From: Balamuthia mandrillaris
Lineage: Eukaryota
DNA length: 64,000 bases
Assembly: GCA_031835245.2 (NCBI GenBank)
Contig: JAVKOQ020000012.1
Span: 248,001 to 312,000 of the forward strand
Reading direction: 5' to 3'
How positions within the stretch are numbered: position 1 is the stretch's first letter; each line of letters opens with the position of its first letter. Below the pieces are notes generated by a model that was not told the origin of the DNA, did not search any database, and saw nothing but the letters and a program-made list of their open reading frames with translations. This document shows, piece after piece, positions 12,463 through 24,312 of this stretch. Position numbers and translations under genes: made by a program.

Positions 12463-12645
12463 GACTTCAGTGGACTGGTTGTAGGCACGGAGCAACTTTC
12501 TGGCATTATTTCTCATTTGGACCAAAAGAGGGTCGGAGGCGTTGTACAGCTCTCCGGAGAGCATGTTCTCCAGCTCCTTGGAGGTCGCGTCGACGTTGGC
12601 CTCCGAGCTGGTGGTGGTCTGTGGCTGCTGCTGTTGATTCTCCAT
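11626..12645 (-). CDS. Maltose/galactoside O-acetyltransferase (hexapeptide repeat)
   Basis: [76 protein letters not shown]; two introns. Confidence 0.95.
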
Positions 12646-12819
12646 TCTCTTCTTTGTTTCTTTTTTTGTTGTTGCCTGATGATTGATTTTTTATTGGTTA
12701 AAATTTTCCGCCTCTGAAATTTTGTTGGTCCATAAAATTTCTACAATCTACATTCCAATTCTATGCGATATTTCGCCAAACTACACAATAAAAAAAAGGA
12801 CAAAGCAAAAAAAAAAAGT

Positions 12820-13599
12820 ATGAAGAAGAGCCAAGTGAGCGTTCTGTATCACTGCCCATGTCCCGATGGAGCTTTCGCCGCTCTTGCCGCTTATCTGCAC
12901 TTCTCCAAAAGAGACGTGGGTACGTTGTGTTGTCCACAAACGAAAACAATTTTACGAGCAAGAATTAATTTTTTTTTTTTGCATCGTTGCGCTTCAAGAT
13001 TTGAAGTTTGTGCCGCATTTTACCTACAACGCCATCGACGTGGAGAGCCATCCTGCCCTCACCACCGGAAACCCTGACGTTTACTTGTAACGCCTTTGCT
13101 TTCTGTTGCTCTCTTTTTTTTCTTCTCTAATGTTTTTTTTGTTTGTTAAAAAAAACGTTAGGTTGGATTATTGCGGGCCGGCTGACTTTATCCCAAGACT
13201 GTCCGCTCTTCCTGTCAACAAAGTTGTGTTGTTGGACCACCACAAGACGGTTCTCTTTCTCTTTCTCTTCTCATTTTCGCTCTTCTCTTTCTCTCTCTCA
13301 CACACTCTCTCTCTTCTCTCTCTTCTCAATTCATTGTCTCTTCTCGCTTTCTCTCACTCCTTTACGCTCCTCTCACTTTTGCTCTTCTTCGTTCTTCTTA
13401 TCGTTGTTGTCTTATGTTGTTGTTGTCTTATGTTGTTGTTGTCTTATGTTGTTGTTGTTGTTGTCTTATGTTGTTGTTGTTGTTGTCTTATGTTGTTGTT
13501 GTTGTTGTCTTATGTTGTTGTTGTTGTTGTCTTATGTTGTTGTCTTATGTTGTTGTCTTATGTTGTTGTCTTATGTTGTTGTCTTATGTTGTTGTCTTA

Positions 13600-13641
<42 letters not shown>

Positions 13642-13645
13642 CTTA

Positions 13646-13722
<77 letters not shown>

Positions 13723-14978
13723 TTCTTCTTCTATTTCTTCGTAAACTGTATGACACGAAAGGCGATAGAAATGATAGAAGAGTACAAGCAACAAAACAGA
13801 ATGCCGTCCAATGGTACGTTTAAAATCCTTTGTAGGCAGCGTGCATAAAGAGCACATTTTTTATGTTGGAACTTTTATAATAGTGGAAGTGAGTTTGGAT
13901 TATGACAGATCGGGTGCCACCATAGCATGGTTATTATTCTTCCCTGTTTCTTTCTTCTGGTTCTTCTTCGTCTAAACATGTACATTTTATCCTCGAAAAA
14001 GGGACTATTTTGAGCAGCAAGGTAAAATGGTGGAAGATGACGCCGAACTAAAGTTTGTTCTTTTAGTTTTTTAGCACTCCTTCAATAGAATGCACCAGCT
14101 ACTTATGTAAAACCTTTGCCTCCAGGAGGTTGCAAGAGATGTTTGCTTACATCGAAGACAACGACTTGTGGCGAAAAGCACTTCCAAACTCCAAAGAATT
14201 CAGCGTGTTTGTCCTTTTCTTTCTTTCAGTATCTGAAAAAGGAGCCAACCTAACCATTCTTTGAAAAAAGTGGGTTGGCAGAGCTGCGCCTGGACTATGA
14301 TTTTACCAACAATCCTGAACTCTTTACTCAACTATTGAGCTTGGGTATGTATTTATTCATGTTAATCATTTGGGTGCAGAACAACTTTGCTCAAACTGTT
14401 AAAAATACAGAAACCAACAAGTTAATAGAGAGCGGAAAGGTTCTTGTAAAGCAACAACAAGAGTTGATTGATGCAGACATCAGCAGAGCGTCGCCTGTAT
14501 GCCTCTCCTTTCTCTTTTCTGCCCATAATCCTTTCTTCTTAACTTTGGAGCGAAAAACAAGGTTGCCTTAGGAGGCCAAGATTCTGGCTTTGGTCAATGC
14601 TTGGGAGTGGTCACTGCCAACCCCAACTTGCGTAGCGAACTGGGCAATCAATTAGCCAAAAAGAGTCTTCAGGCAGGCCTTAGGTACTTGTTCTCCATCG
14701 CATCTCATCCTTGCTTATACCTCCTCAACGTTATTTCGTATTATTTTTTGTTCATGTGTTCTCATTCTTCTTCTACTAGAGGAATAGCAGCATTGGCTTA
14801 TGAAGAACCAGCGATGAAAGATGCAGAGAAGATGTATAAAGTAAGCTTACGTTCTTTGTCAGATGATACAACTGCTATCAGCAGCAAATATGGAGGAGGG
14901 GGCCATGCCAAAGCCTCTTCCTTCCTTCTTGAAAAGACTCGTTGGCAGGAATGGGTTGATGCTGCTTCAACTTTATGA
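12820..14978 (+). CDS. DHH/DHHA1-family phosphoesterase
   Basis: VLYHCPCPDG, LDY, LLDHHKT, RSGATIAWDYF, YIEDNDLW, VSLRS, YGGGGHAKASSF across many short exons. Confidence 0.88.
13403..13720. repeat. Compound (GTT)n / GTCTTATGTT microsatellite in an intron
   Basis: Direct observation. Confidence 0.95.
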
Positions 14979-14984
14979 CAGGGA

Positions 14985-15150
14985 GAAGAAGAAGAAGAAG
15001 AAGAAGAAGAAGAAGAAGAAGAAGAAGAAGAAGAAGAAGAAGAAGAAGAAGAAGAACAAGAAGAAGAAGAAGAAGAAGAACAAGAAGAAGAAGAAGAAGA
15101 AGAAGAAGAAGAAGAAGAAGAAGAAGAAGAAGAAGAAGAAGAAGAAGAAC
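14985..15150. repeat. (GAA)n microsatellite just after the DHH stop codon
   Basis: Direct observation. Confidence 0.95.
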
Positions 15151-15380
15151 AATAACGAAGAGAGTAACAATAAATATTTTTGATAAAATAACTTTTTTAA
15201 TGAAGGAAAAAAACAAGTAAAGAGGAGAGCATCAAACAAGAATCGATGCCTTTTCTCTTCCTTTCTTGTATTTTTTGTAAAGAACAAAGTGCTTCATTCA
15301 CTTTTCTAAAAACCAAAATTGTTTTTCTTTTTTTCTTTTTTGACAAAAAAAACGAATCCTTCTTCTTTTCGTTGTTTTTT

Positions 15381-17755
15381 TTACACCATAGTAAAGACGT
15401 TATCGGGAAGGTTGGTGAAGCCAGTGTTTCTCTCTATGATATCGCTGAGCTTCGTGTTCTTGATTACCTCCAACTCTTCCGGAGTCCATTGATCGTTCTC
15501 ATACCAGAAACTGTGGCATTAAAGAAAGGAAGGAACAATGTTAATGAAATGAAGATAAAGAGAAGAAGGAAGAAGGAAAGACAAACCGATCAGCATCCCT
15601 CAGCCGAATGAATTGTTCTTTGAGGATTGCCTTGAAGAGAGGGCCAATAGCGGCACCATTCTCGTGGTCTAAACATAAGATGAATGAGGTAAGTGGCCGA
15701 AAAGAAGAGGGGAGAGAGAGAGAAAGAGAGAAAGAAAGAGAGAAACAAACCTTCCGCAAGACCACCAGCGTAAGCATCAACATCATCGATGTTGCCAGGG
15801 CCGTATGCCTCCCTGAGAGCAGCGGCCGTGGTGCCTTCGGAAGAGATACACTCGTAGTCGTCGCATCTTGGCAGACCATAAGCCTCTCTCATGTCATTGT
15901 AGCCGGCCTAGCATTCACAACAAAGCAAAAAATAAGAGACAAGGAAGCTTCAACAGCAAAGAAGGGAAACGTACGATGCCGTGATCACGTCCTCTTTGGA
16001 TGTTGATGGCCACCAAGTCGAGGACACGGAACAACCTGTCTCTGAGATCAGGGACGATGATGGCGTCGATCTTGTTCATGGGAGTCTCAGACAGACCCTT
16101 CAAGAAAGGCCCAATGTCGAACTCGAGTATCATGGGTGGGTTGAAGTAGTTGTCGCTCAAACGAAGTGGGGCTGCGGCAGTGCTGCCGTTACGAATCTCG
16201 TTGCCATCATTGTCCAACAAGGGAATGACGGTAGGGGCGGCGCTGTGTCCCATTCGGTAACCAGCAGTGCTGAACTCAACTGTGAAGGAAGTGATTACTA
16301 CAAAGAAACAACAAGGAAAAGGAGGAGAGGAGGAGGGAACGTACTGGACATGGAGCCATCGGCTTGAGGGTTGTAGGCAACATAGGGCTCCAAAGGCTCG
16401 CCAAAGAGGGCAGGCAAGAACTCGTCGTAAGTGATGTGCTCGACCAGGGAGTAGACCCACTTCCTGCCCATCTGGTAGCGAAGCTCGTCCTCCTCAGCGG
16501 GATTGCCGCCAGTACAGAAAATGTGAGAGTCCACAAAGCGGTTGTGCTCCCTCATGAACAAAACTTGCAAAGTCTGAGTTGTTCCAGATTCAGACAAGAG
16601 TGAGTAAACAAAGCAAAGAGAAGACTGATAAGGGAAGAGTAAACTACGAACCGTCAACATCACGTTCTCATTAGCACGGCCGTCACCAGCAGCGAAAACG
16701 TTATCTCCAGGCACGTTCTCCTCAGTGTTTGACATGTCAACGCCGATAAGAGTGTTCATGGGCAAGAAACGTCCATCAGCGCTGGCGCGGAGTCTGCCTC
16801 CCTGACCGGTCCTCAACAGACGAGCGCTGCCAGGATCGCTGCCATAAACAAAGCTGGCATCAATCCAAGTGGTCACATCGGTACGTTGCTCTCGGGGAGT
16901 CATGCCAGCAAGAGAGCGGCAGAACTGCATGGTCACTCCGCCACGGCTCTGAGGGTCGAAGCGAGGATCACCACGGGGCACCTCAATACGGAAGCTGTCG
17001 TCACAGGGGGAGGTGACAGGAGTGGCGGTGAGGTCGTGATCAATAAGCTGGCCCCAAGCCATGGTCATCAGGGAGATTTTCTCCTTGGTGGTGGGCTCGG
17101 CGCGGTTGAAGACAGCATTGCTGATGGCACGAGCGCTCGGAAGACGCGTGGGGTTGCCTCCACGAGGCACGGAGATGCCATCCTCATAGTGGAAGTTGGC
17201 AAAGTGGAAGGTGGGCCTTCTGGCCTGTCCCATTTGGGTCCTCAGCTGGTTGTTGCCGCTACCATCTATGCTCCTGAACTCACGACGTCCAAACTCGGGA
17301 TCCGAGCAAGGGGCCATGCAAACGCCCTCGCAGGAACGCACGGAGGGTCCGCCGCAGCGTCCATGACAGTCAGTGAAGCTCCTTCCGCCGCATTGGCCGG
17401 TACAATCCTCCTTGTCAGGACCATTGCAGACGCCATTGCAGTCCAGCACGGCATTGCCGTTACAGATGCCGTTACAGTCCTCCACAGCTGTGCCGTTGCA
17501 GACGCCCAAGCAGTCCTTCACAGCAGTACCGCCACAGATACCAAAGCAGTCAAAGTCGTCGCATTGGGGGGCTTGCCTTCTGGAGAGAAACTCTTCAGGG
17601 GTCTCACTGCGAAAATGAATGAAGGAAGGGATGGAGAGGATAGGGGAAGAGCTGGTGGTGGCGCTCTTGGAGTCGCGCGTGGCCTGGAAGGTCACAGCTC
17701 CCATCACCACGAAGGTGACTGCAAGAAATATCAACGTTACGCTGCTTTTCATCAT
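15381..17755 (-). CDS. Secreted animal-type heme peroxidase (peroxidase-cyclooxygenase superfamily) with N-terminal Cys-rich repeats
   Basis: Signal peptide; FRSIDGSGNN, PSARAISN, AWGQLIDHDL (distal His), WIDASFVYGS, GDGRANEN, REHN, AGYRMGHS (proximal His), INIQRGRDHG, EQFIRLRDADRFWYEN; ends FTNLPDNVFTMV*. Confidence 0.95.
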
Positions 17756-17811
17756 ATCGGATGAAAACCTGTATTCGTTTGGTGATGGAAAGCAAGCATA
17801 AGAAGGTGAGT

Positions 17812-17852
<41 letters not shown>

Positions 17853-19149
17853 AAAGAAAACAAACATACCCTCTACAGTGCTATCAATGGAGAGGTGGAA
17901 GAATTTCGATAGTAGGCAGGGAAGCACAACAACAACGAGCAAGGTGGTGGCTTGGTGGTGGTCAAACGCCTTGTTGGTTTCTCGCTCTTTCAAGCTGAAG
18001 TTGTTATAGCTGGATGCTGTTGCTTGTTGTTCTTTGTTGGTTGAGTGAGTTGGATGAGAAAAAAAAAGCCTGAATCAAACGGCTCTTTTTTATAGACGAG
18101 TGGTCCTCATCCAATGCCCCTCGTTTTCCAATTGGGTGAGAAAAAGGGTTACCCCTCTTCGGAGAAAAGGGCCCCCTTTCCTTCTCCCCCCTTCCTCAGA
18201 GAGGCCAGCCGCTCTGCTGCCCCGATTTCTCTCATCTGTCCCGCCAATTGTCCTGACTTGGCTCCGTGAAACTTCCCGCCTCCCATTCCAGCCCTCCCGC
18301 TGAAATCGTTTCAAAATTTCCAGGCCCAGACCTCTCCTTTTGGTATGCTCATCCAGGCTCCTTGTTGTCCCAAAAGTGTTCTCCCCGAAAACCCTAGGGT
18401 TTCAAAAACAAAAAAAACAAACAAACAAACAAACAACCCGAGATGCTGGTGGGTGCCACAAGGGTCGGGGGGGGGAGGGAGGCATCATGAAGTTGATGGT
18501 GGGAAGAAGCGGAGGTGGTTGGGGATTTCCATAAAAGAGCGAAATGTCGAGGAAAAGAGGGGGGAAGGGGGGTGGAGCAGGGGGAAAGGTGGGGGGGACA
18601 GGAATAGCAGAATAGACGATAGAGAAATAGGGGAGAAGAAAGGGAAGGGAAGGAAAAACGTACAAATGTCGAGGAGAGCAATCGAAAGGAAATAGTGGGT
18701 TTCGTTGAAGATATCGGCGGTAGCTTGTTCTTCTAACGGGGTCCAGTCGACGGGACATGAGTGACAGAACGGCACCATTGTTCTTCATTCTTGGTTTCCT
18801 GGGAGGCGTCAGCATAGTTTGAACTTTGAATTTTCGTGGGAGAAGTTCCGGACTTGGTGGCTCTCTCTTCCTTCTTTTGCGTGGGAAGACACTTTGCTTT
18901 ACCACTTTCGAATCCGCCACTTCGTCGAAAAGAATTTGAAAGAGGGGAAAAACAAATGACACTACACAACAGCACTTGCTTTTTTTTTTTTTTTTTCGTT
19001 GTTTGTTGAAAAACAAGAGCCGGCAAGGCCAGAGGTGGAAGGAAGAAGGAAAGAGGCCAAGGGGTCTCTCTCGGGTGGGGGCCTTCTTCTTCGTGTGATG
19101 GGTCTTGCCCAACCAAAAATCAGACAAAATATGATCTACGATCAACAGC

Positions 19150-19192
19150 TGACGTCATGTCCTTCGATGTTTTAACTGGTTACGTGACGTCA
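19150..19192. promoter_or_regulatory. Pair of perfect CRE-type palindromes (TGACGTCA)
   Basis: TGACGTCA at 19150-19157 and 19185-19192, between the divergent peroxidase and myotrophin genes. Confidence 0.5.
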
Positions 19193-19485
19193 CCTTCCAC
19201 AATTTTTTTTTCATGAAAAATTTGTTTTATTTATTTTTTTCTGTACCGCATTTTTGGGGGTTCCCTCTTGCAAAAAAAGCAGAGTCAAAGAAGAAGAAAG
19301 GTATGCCCGGCTCCTTGCTCTCCAGCTTTGTTCTCTTCTGTTCTGTTGTCTCTCTTTTTTTTTTTCCCCTCTCTCTCTATATTATTTTGTGTGTGTGTGT
19401 GTGTGGTTCAAAACAGCTTTTAGCTTTGCTCATCATCAAAATTTTATTGATTTTTTGAAATAAAAACAGCACATTGAAATATAAT

Positions 19486-19760
19486 ATGTCCAACGAAGGA
19501 GAGAAGTCTGGTTTCATCTGGGCCTGCAGGACTGGCGACTTGGAGGGCGTGAAGGACGCCATCTCCAAGGGAGAGGACGTGAACCAGGTCGACGCCACCG
19601 TCAACAAGCGCACTCCCCTCCACCACGCCGCTGACTTTGGCCAAGCTGAGGTCATTCAGTTCTTGATCTCCAAAGGCGCTCAGGTAAAACCTTCCCTTCT
19701 TTTTCTTTGTTAAAATCAATCATTTATTTGGTTTCCATCATTTGTTTTCTCTCTCCTCCT

Positions 19761-19797
<37 letters not shown>

Positions 19798-20104
19798 CTT
19801 TTTTATTTATGGTTGATTACTGAGCAAATTTTTTTGAAAAATTATAAATCAGGTGAACGCAACGGACGCTTTTGGCATCACTCCACTTTTGGCGGCCACT
19901 TATGAGGGACACGCCGCCGCTGTGCGTGCCCTGATCGCGGGAGGTGCCAAGAAGGATGTGAAGGGTCCTGACGGCATGACCGCCCTCGAGGCTGCTGAAA
20001 GCGAGGAGGTCAAGAAGGCCCTCTCTGGTATGACCCTTCTGTTCTCTTCTCTCTCCCTCTCTTGACTTTTCTCATTCTCATTCTGTTCTCTTTCAGGCAA
20101 GTAA
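19486..20104 (+). CDS. MTPN: Myotrophin/V-1 ankyrin-repeat protein
   Basis: FIWACRTGDLEGVK, RTPLHHAADFGQAEVIQFLISKGA|VNATDAFGITPLLAATYEGH, KGPDG; two introns and a tiny terminal coding exon. Confidence 0.9.
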
Positions 20105-20442
20105 AATAGAAAAGAAAAGAAAAGAAAGAGAAAGGGCAAAGAGGAGGGAAGGGATAAACAAAGAAAGAGACACAAAGTCTCTCAATCGTGTACTTGAACA
20201 AAAGAGAAGGTTGGAGATGGCACAAATTCTGAAAATGTACCTATCCCTTTCTTTCGGTTTTCTTTCGCAAGCATTCCGTTACTCATGTCCTCTCTCTTCT
20301 CTCTCTCTCTCTTCCAACATCTCTTCTTCTTCTTCTTCTTCTTCCCAATAAAACCAGAAGCCTTTGTGTTTAGCAATCCCTTTCTCTTTTCTTCAGTTAT
20401 CTCGTTATCTCATTCATTGAGAAAGTTTAAATAAGGTTTATG

Positions 20443-20945
20443 TTAGTGTTGGGCATGTTCACATCCAGGGCAGTTGTGAAGAGACTCATGTATGAACAAG
20501 TCGCAGTCGTAGCAAAAGGCCTTCTTGCAACGCGGACACTTGTATAGAGTCCCTGTTCCCCGCGACACCCATCGTAGACAGCCATAGCATTGCCTTATTG
20601 GTTCCAAAGAAACGAATTGAGGGTGAGAACAAAAAAGAGAGGAGAGAGAAGCTGAGAGAGAACAAGAGCGAAGTATACTTTTCTGGAGAGTTTTCGGGAA
20701 TGGGAGTAAAGTTGGGAATAGGGAAGAGGTGATGGTAGGAACGGGCGAGATGTGGGGAGGAGACGAGGGAGAGGTTGCATATTTGACAGTCGATGGGAAG
20801 TTCGCAGTACTTGGCTTTACATTGTGGACAAAAGAAACCCCCCACCTTTAACGTTTGATGACTGCAATGGAAGAGTTACCACAAGAAATTAAAGAACAAA
20901 CAACAAAAATAACCACGAGAAAAGGAAAGAAAGATTAAGAGAAGA

Positions 20946-20989
<44 letters not shown>

Positions 20990-22375
20990 GAATAAGCAAA
21001 CCATATACAAAGGCTAGGATTCTCATCAGCTCTTCGCATAGGAAATCCCATACGTATGAGAGAGGCCTCCAAGTCGTTCGAAGAGGCAGTAGGAGGTGGC
21101 GGCGTGTGCAAGAGCATAAGCTCCTTAAAGTGTTCCTGGTGGAGGGCGACGTGATAGGTGCCGCCGGTGGCCTCTGCCGTTTTCCTGCACACAAAGACCT
21201 CAGCGGCGAGACTGACCACAGAGCAGCGGATACGGTCCCGTTTCAACGTGGCAATGGTGTCGTTGATGTCGCCTGGATCGCAGGTGCTCAGCCCTCCGAA
21301 GATGACCAATACTTCTCTGCTGCCGTATTTTGGGATGTGACTATTGTTTTGATGTTTTCAGAAGTGGACGAAAGAAGAACAAAAAAATAAAGGAAAAGGA
21401 CGAAGAAATGACGAAAGGAAGAAAGAACAGAAAGAACAGAAAGAATGGCGCGAATAAGGAGAAGAAAGAGACCATAGTGAAGCCCTTGCCACCATCAAAG
21501 CATTCTGGAGGGAAGCGTCTCCTTGGGAAGACATTTCTGCTTTCAGCTCTGCAATATGTCTGTTTGGATTGCCTTCATACAAACAGCGTTAACAATAAAC
21601 CTCTAGGAACGAAGGAGAGGAGGAGAAGAAGAAAAGAAGAAGAAAAGAACAGCAACACCAACGACAAGCAAGCAGACAACCAACAACACCTAGAAGAGCA
21701 CTCACCACTCAATTCTGTGATCTTCTCAGCAATAGCGTTTCTCATTACAATGATGCCCATCTGGGCGATTGGGTTCTGGTCAAAGAACTCCTTGATGAAG
21801 AGCTCGGCGGTGCGAAGCGCGACGGCCATCCTGCTGGGCTTCATGTCGCTCTTGTCCTCCATGGCTTTGCTGCAGTCCACCACAAGAAAGAGGTGACGGC
21901 TCATCCCTCTCCGAACCGTCCTTGCATCTCGCTGCGCTCTTGCTCTCGTCCTTTTTTTTAAAAAATCCCCAAGTGAGTGAATCAAACAAGACAACAGTGA
22001 GAGAAGAAAGAGGGTGAGGGAGAGGGAGAGGAGAGGGAGAGGGAGAGGGAGAGGGAGAGGGAGAGGGAGAGGGAGAGGGAGAGGAGAGGAGAGGAGAGGG
22101 AGAGGGAGAGGGAGAGGGAGAGGAGAGGGAGAGGAGAGGAGAGGGAGAGGGAGAGGGAGAGGGAGAGGGAGAGGGAGCAAAGGAGTATACCGCCGTTGTC
22201 GGTTTTGTTGCTCGATCAGAACGGTTTTGAGTGCTCCCGTTTCATCCTCCTCCACGGCCTCCCAACTGCGCTCGTAGTTCTTTTCCCATGCCTGCAACTT
22301 GGCCGCGGTGACTCCGTCCTCTTCCTCCTCTTCCTCCTCCATCCCAACCTCCTCCTCTTCTCCTTCTATCTCCAT
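20443..22375 (-). CDS. GTF2H2: TFIIH subunit p44/SSL1
   Basis: [99 protein letters not shown]. Confidence 0.97.
22015..22177. repeat. (GAGAGG)n microsatellite in a TFIIH p44 intron
   Basis: Direct observation. Confidence 0.95.
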
Positions 22376-22621
22376 TCCTTTCTTTTCTCTTTTCTTTTTT
22401 TTTTCTCTTTGCTTGGATAATTCGTGTCGTCGTGAAATTTTTAAGGACTCGAGCCAAGACAAGAGATTGCACAGAGGACATGAGCGAGAACAGGAGAGAG
22501 GAGAGGAGAGAATCTATAAGATAAGAGAGAAGACATGAGAGAGGACATGAGAGAGTATAGATTTCCTCGAAACAAAAAAAAAAGGAGAAGAGAAGCAAAA
22601 AAAAAAAATAAATACACCACG

Positions 22622-22829
22622 ATGAGGCGGTGGAAGGAGGTCTGGGGGCAGGCCTCGCGTGGCTGGAACCGCAAGTTCAACCAGTACGCGCAAGCGGCGG
22701 AGCTTCACCTCAATCGAGCGTGGTACGAGCTCGACCGCAAATGGAACGATTTTCTCTATGGCAAAAGAAAAGTGGAGGCCGTTAAAGTTCCATTCATGGT
22801 TTCTGTCTCTCTGTCTCTCTGTCTCTCTG

Positions 22830-22873
<44 letters not shown>

Positions 22874-23464
22874 TATTTAACTTTTAAACAGATCACAAAA
22901 GAGATGAAAGCCCAATTGGCGGGGTTGGGCTATGAATCGTCCGAGGTGAAGGCGATGACGCCAGCGGAAGCCTACGACCTCATCCAAAACAACACGAAGG
23001 CCTCCGACCGGCCCAAGCCACAACCAAAAGCGGAGAAGAAGAAGGAAGACGAGACTCCACTCCCGTCCACCATCAACCTCTCTTCCTCCGCTGCCTCTTC
23101 CTCCTCCTCCGCTTCTCCTTTTGACAGCGTGGACGATTGGAATCGCTTCTTCTTGTTCGCTCTCAGCTGCAGCAAGGAACGCTCACTGCGTAGACCTTTC
23201 CTCTCTCTCGCCTCCTCTCTTTCCATCATTGAAAATGCTCGCAGGCAACGGATCCCTCCTTCCTCTGTTGCTGCTTCTTCTTCCTCTGCTTCTCCTTCCT
23301 TGAGCAGCCATACTTCACCTGCGTCCCCTTCTTCCTCGTCTTCTGCTGCTGTATCGATTCCTTCTTCTTCTTCTTCTAGTTCGCCTTTCACCTCTTCTTC
23401 ATCTTCCAGTGCTCCAGTCGTCGTTGCATCCACTTCGTCTTCTTCTTCGTCTTCACAAAGCTAA
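22622..23464 (+). CDS. Hypothetical protein with a short helical motif and Ser-rich tail
   Basis: ATG at 22622; (CT)n intron about 22799-22891 joins VPFM|ITKEMKAQLAGLGYESSEVKAMTPAEAYDLI. Confidence 0.65.
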
Positions 23465-23526
23465 CCTGTTCTTCTCTTTCTTCTTTTTTTAAAAGAAAAA
23501 TGACTTGCCTTTCTTTATTCTCCGCT

Positions 23527-24264
23527 TCAACAAGCAGCAGAGCAGGAGACCAGCCGTTCGTCTGATGTATCTTCTCTCCTCTCTTGCTCTTCTTCTTTTC
23601 CTCCTCCTACTTCCTTTTGTTCATCTTCTTCAAGAGTGTGCAAGGCGGCCAGAGCTTCCGCTCTTGCCCGTCTTTCTGCTGCCTTTTGTGTTTCTGTCTT
23701 CAGCTGACCGCATGCTGCCAATATGTCTCTTCCTCCTTTGTTGTGTTTTGCACAACACAAAACGTTAACAAGGAAAAAAAGGAGGAGAAAGATAGAAGAA
23801 AGAAGCGTACGAGGCCATCGGATGGGAGCTTTGATGTAGGATTGTTCCAAGATGGAAGAGAACTTTAGGATTTGTTCCCTATCTGAACATTCGTACTTAC
23901 TTCCTGGCCATGGATTGAATGGTCTTTTGATGTTTTTTCCATCAGCAAAACAATAGAGAGAGAGAGAACAGGAGAGGAGAGGTACATGAGGTTAACGACG
24001 CAAGGAACGGTTTTGGCGATGCGAACAAGTTCATGGGCCTCAGCTTCGCTGTCGTTAACGCCTTTGAGCATTACATACTCGAAGACCACTTTACCAAAAG
24101 CACGACAGGCCTCCAACAGCTCCTCTAACGGGTACTGCCGATTGAGTGGCACTAACTCGTCTCTTAGCTCGTTGCGTACAGCATGCAACGATATAGCTTT
24201 TAAAAGCTGTTAGTCAGAACACAAACAAATAGAAAAAGCAGTAAAAGAACAGAAAACAGCTTTC

Positions 24265-24312
<48 letters not shown>

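Noticed and set aside
13106..13857. Poly-Cys/Val/Leu/Gln ORFs
   Set aside because: Translations of an intronic (GTT)n microsatellite inside the DHH gene.
14863..15287. Poly-Lys/Arg/Phe ORFs
   Set aside because: Translations of the (GAA)n repeat downstream of a stop codon.
16886..17764. 292-aa plus-strand ORF
   Set aside because: Antisense shadow of the peroxidase coding exon.
18402..19145. 247-aa minus-strand ORF
   Set aside because: Composed of homopolymer-derived low-complexity sequence with no domain or coherent splice pattern.
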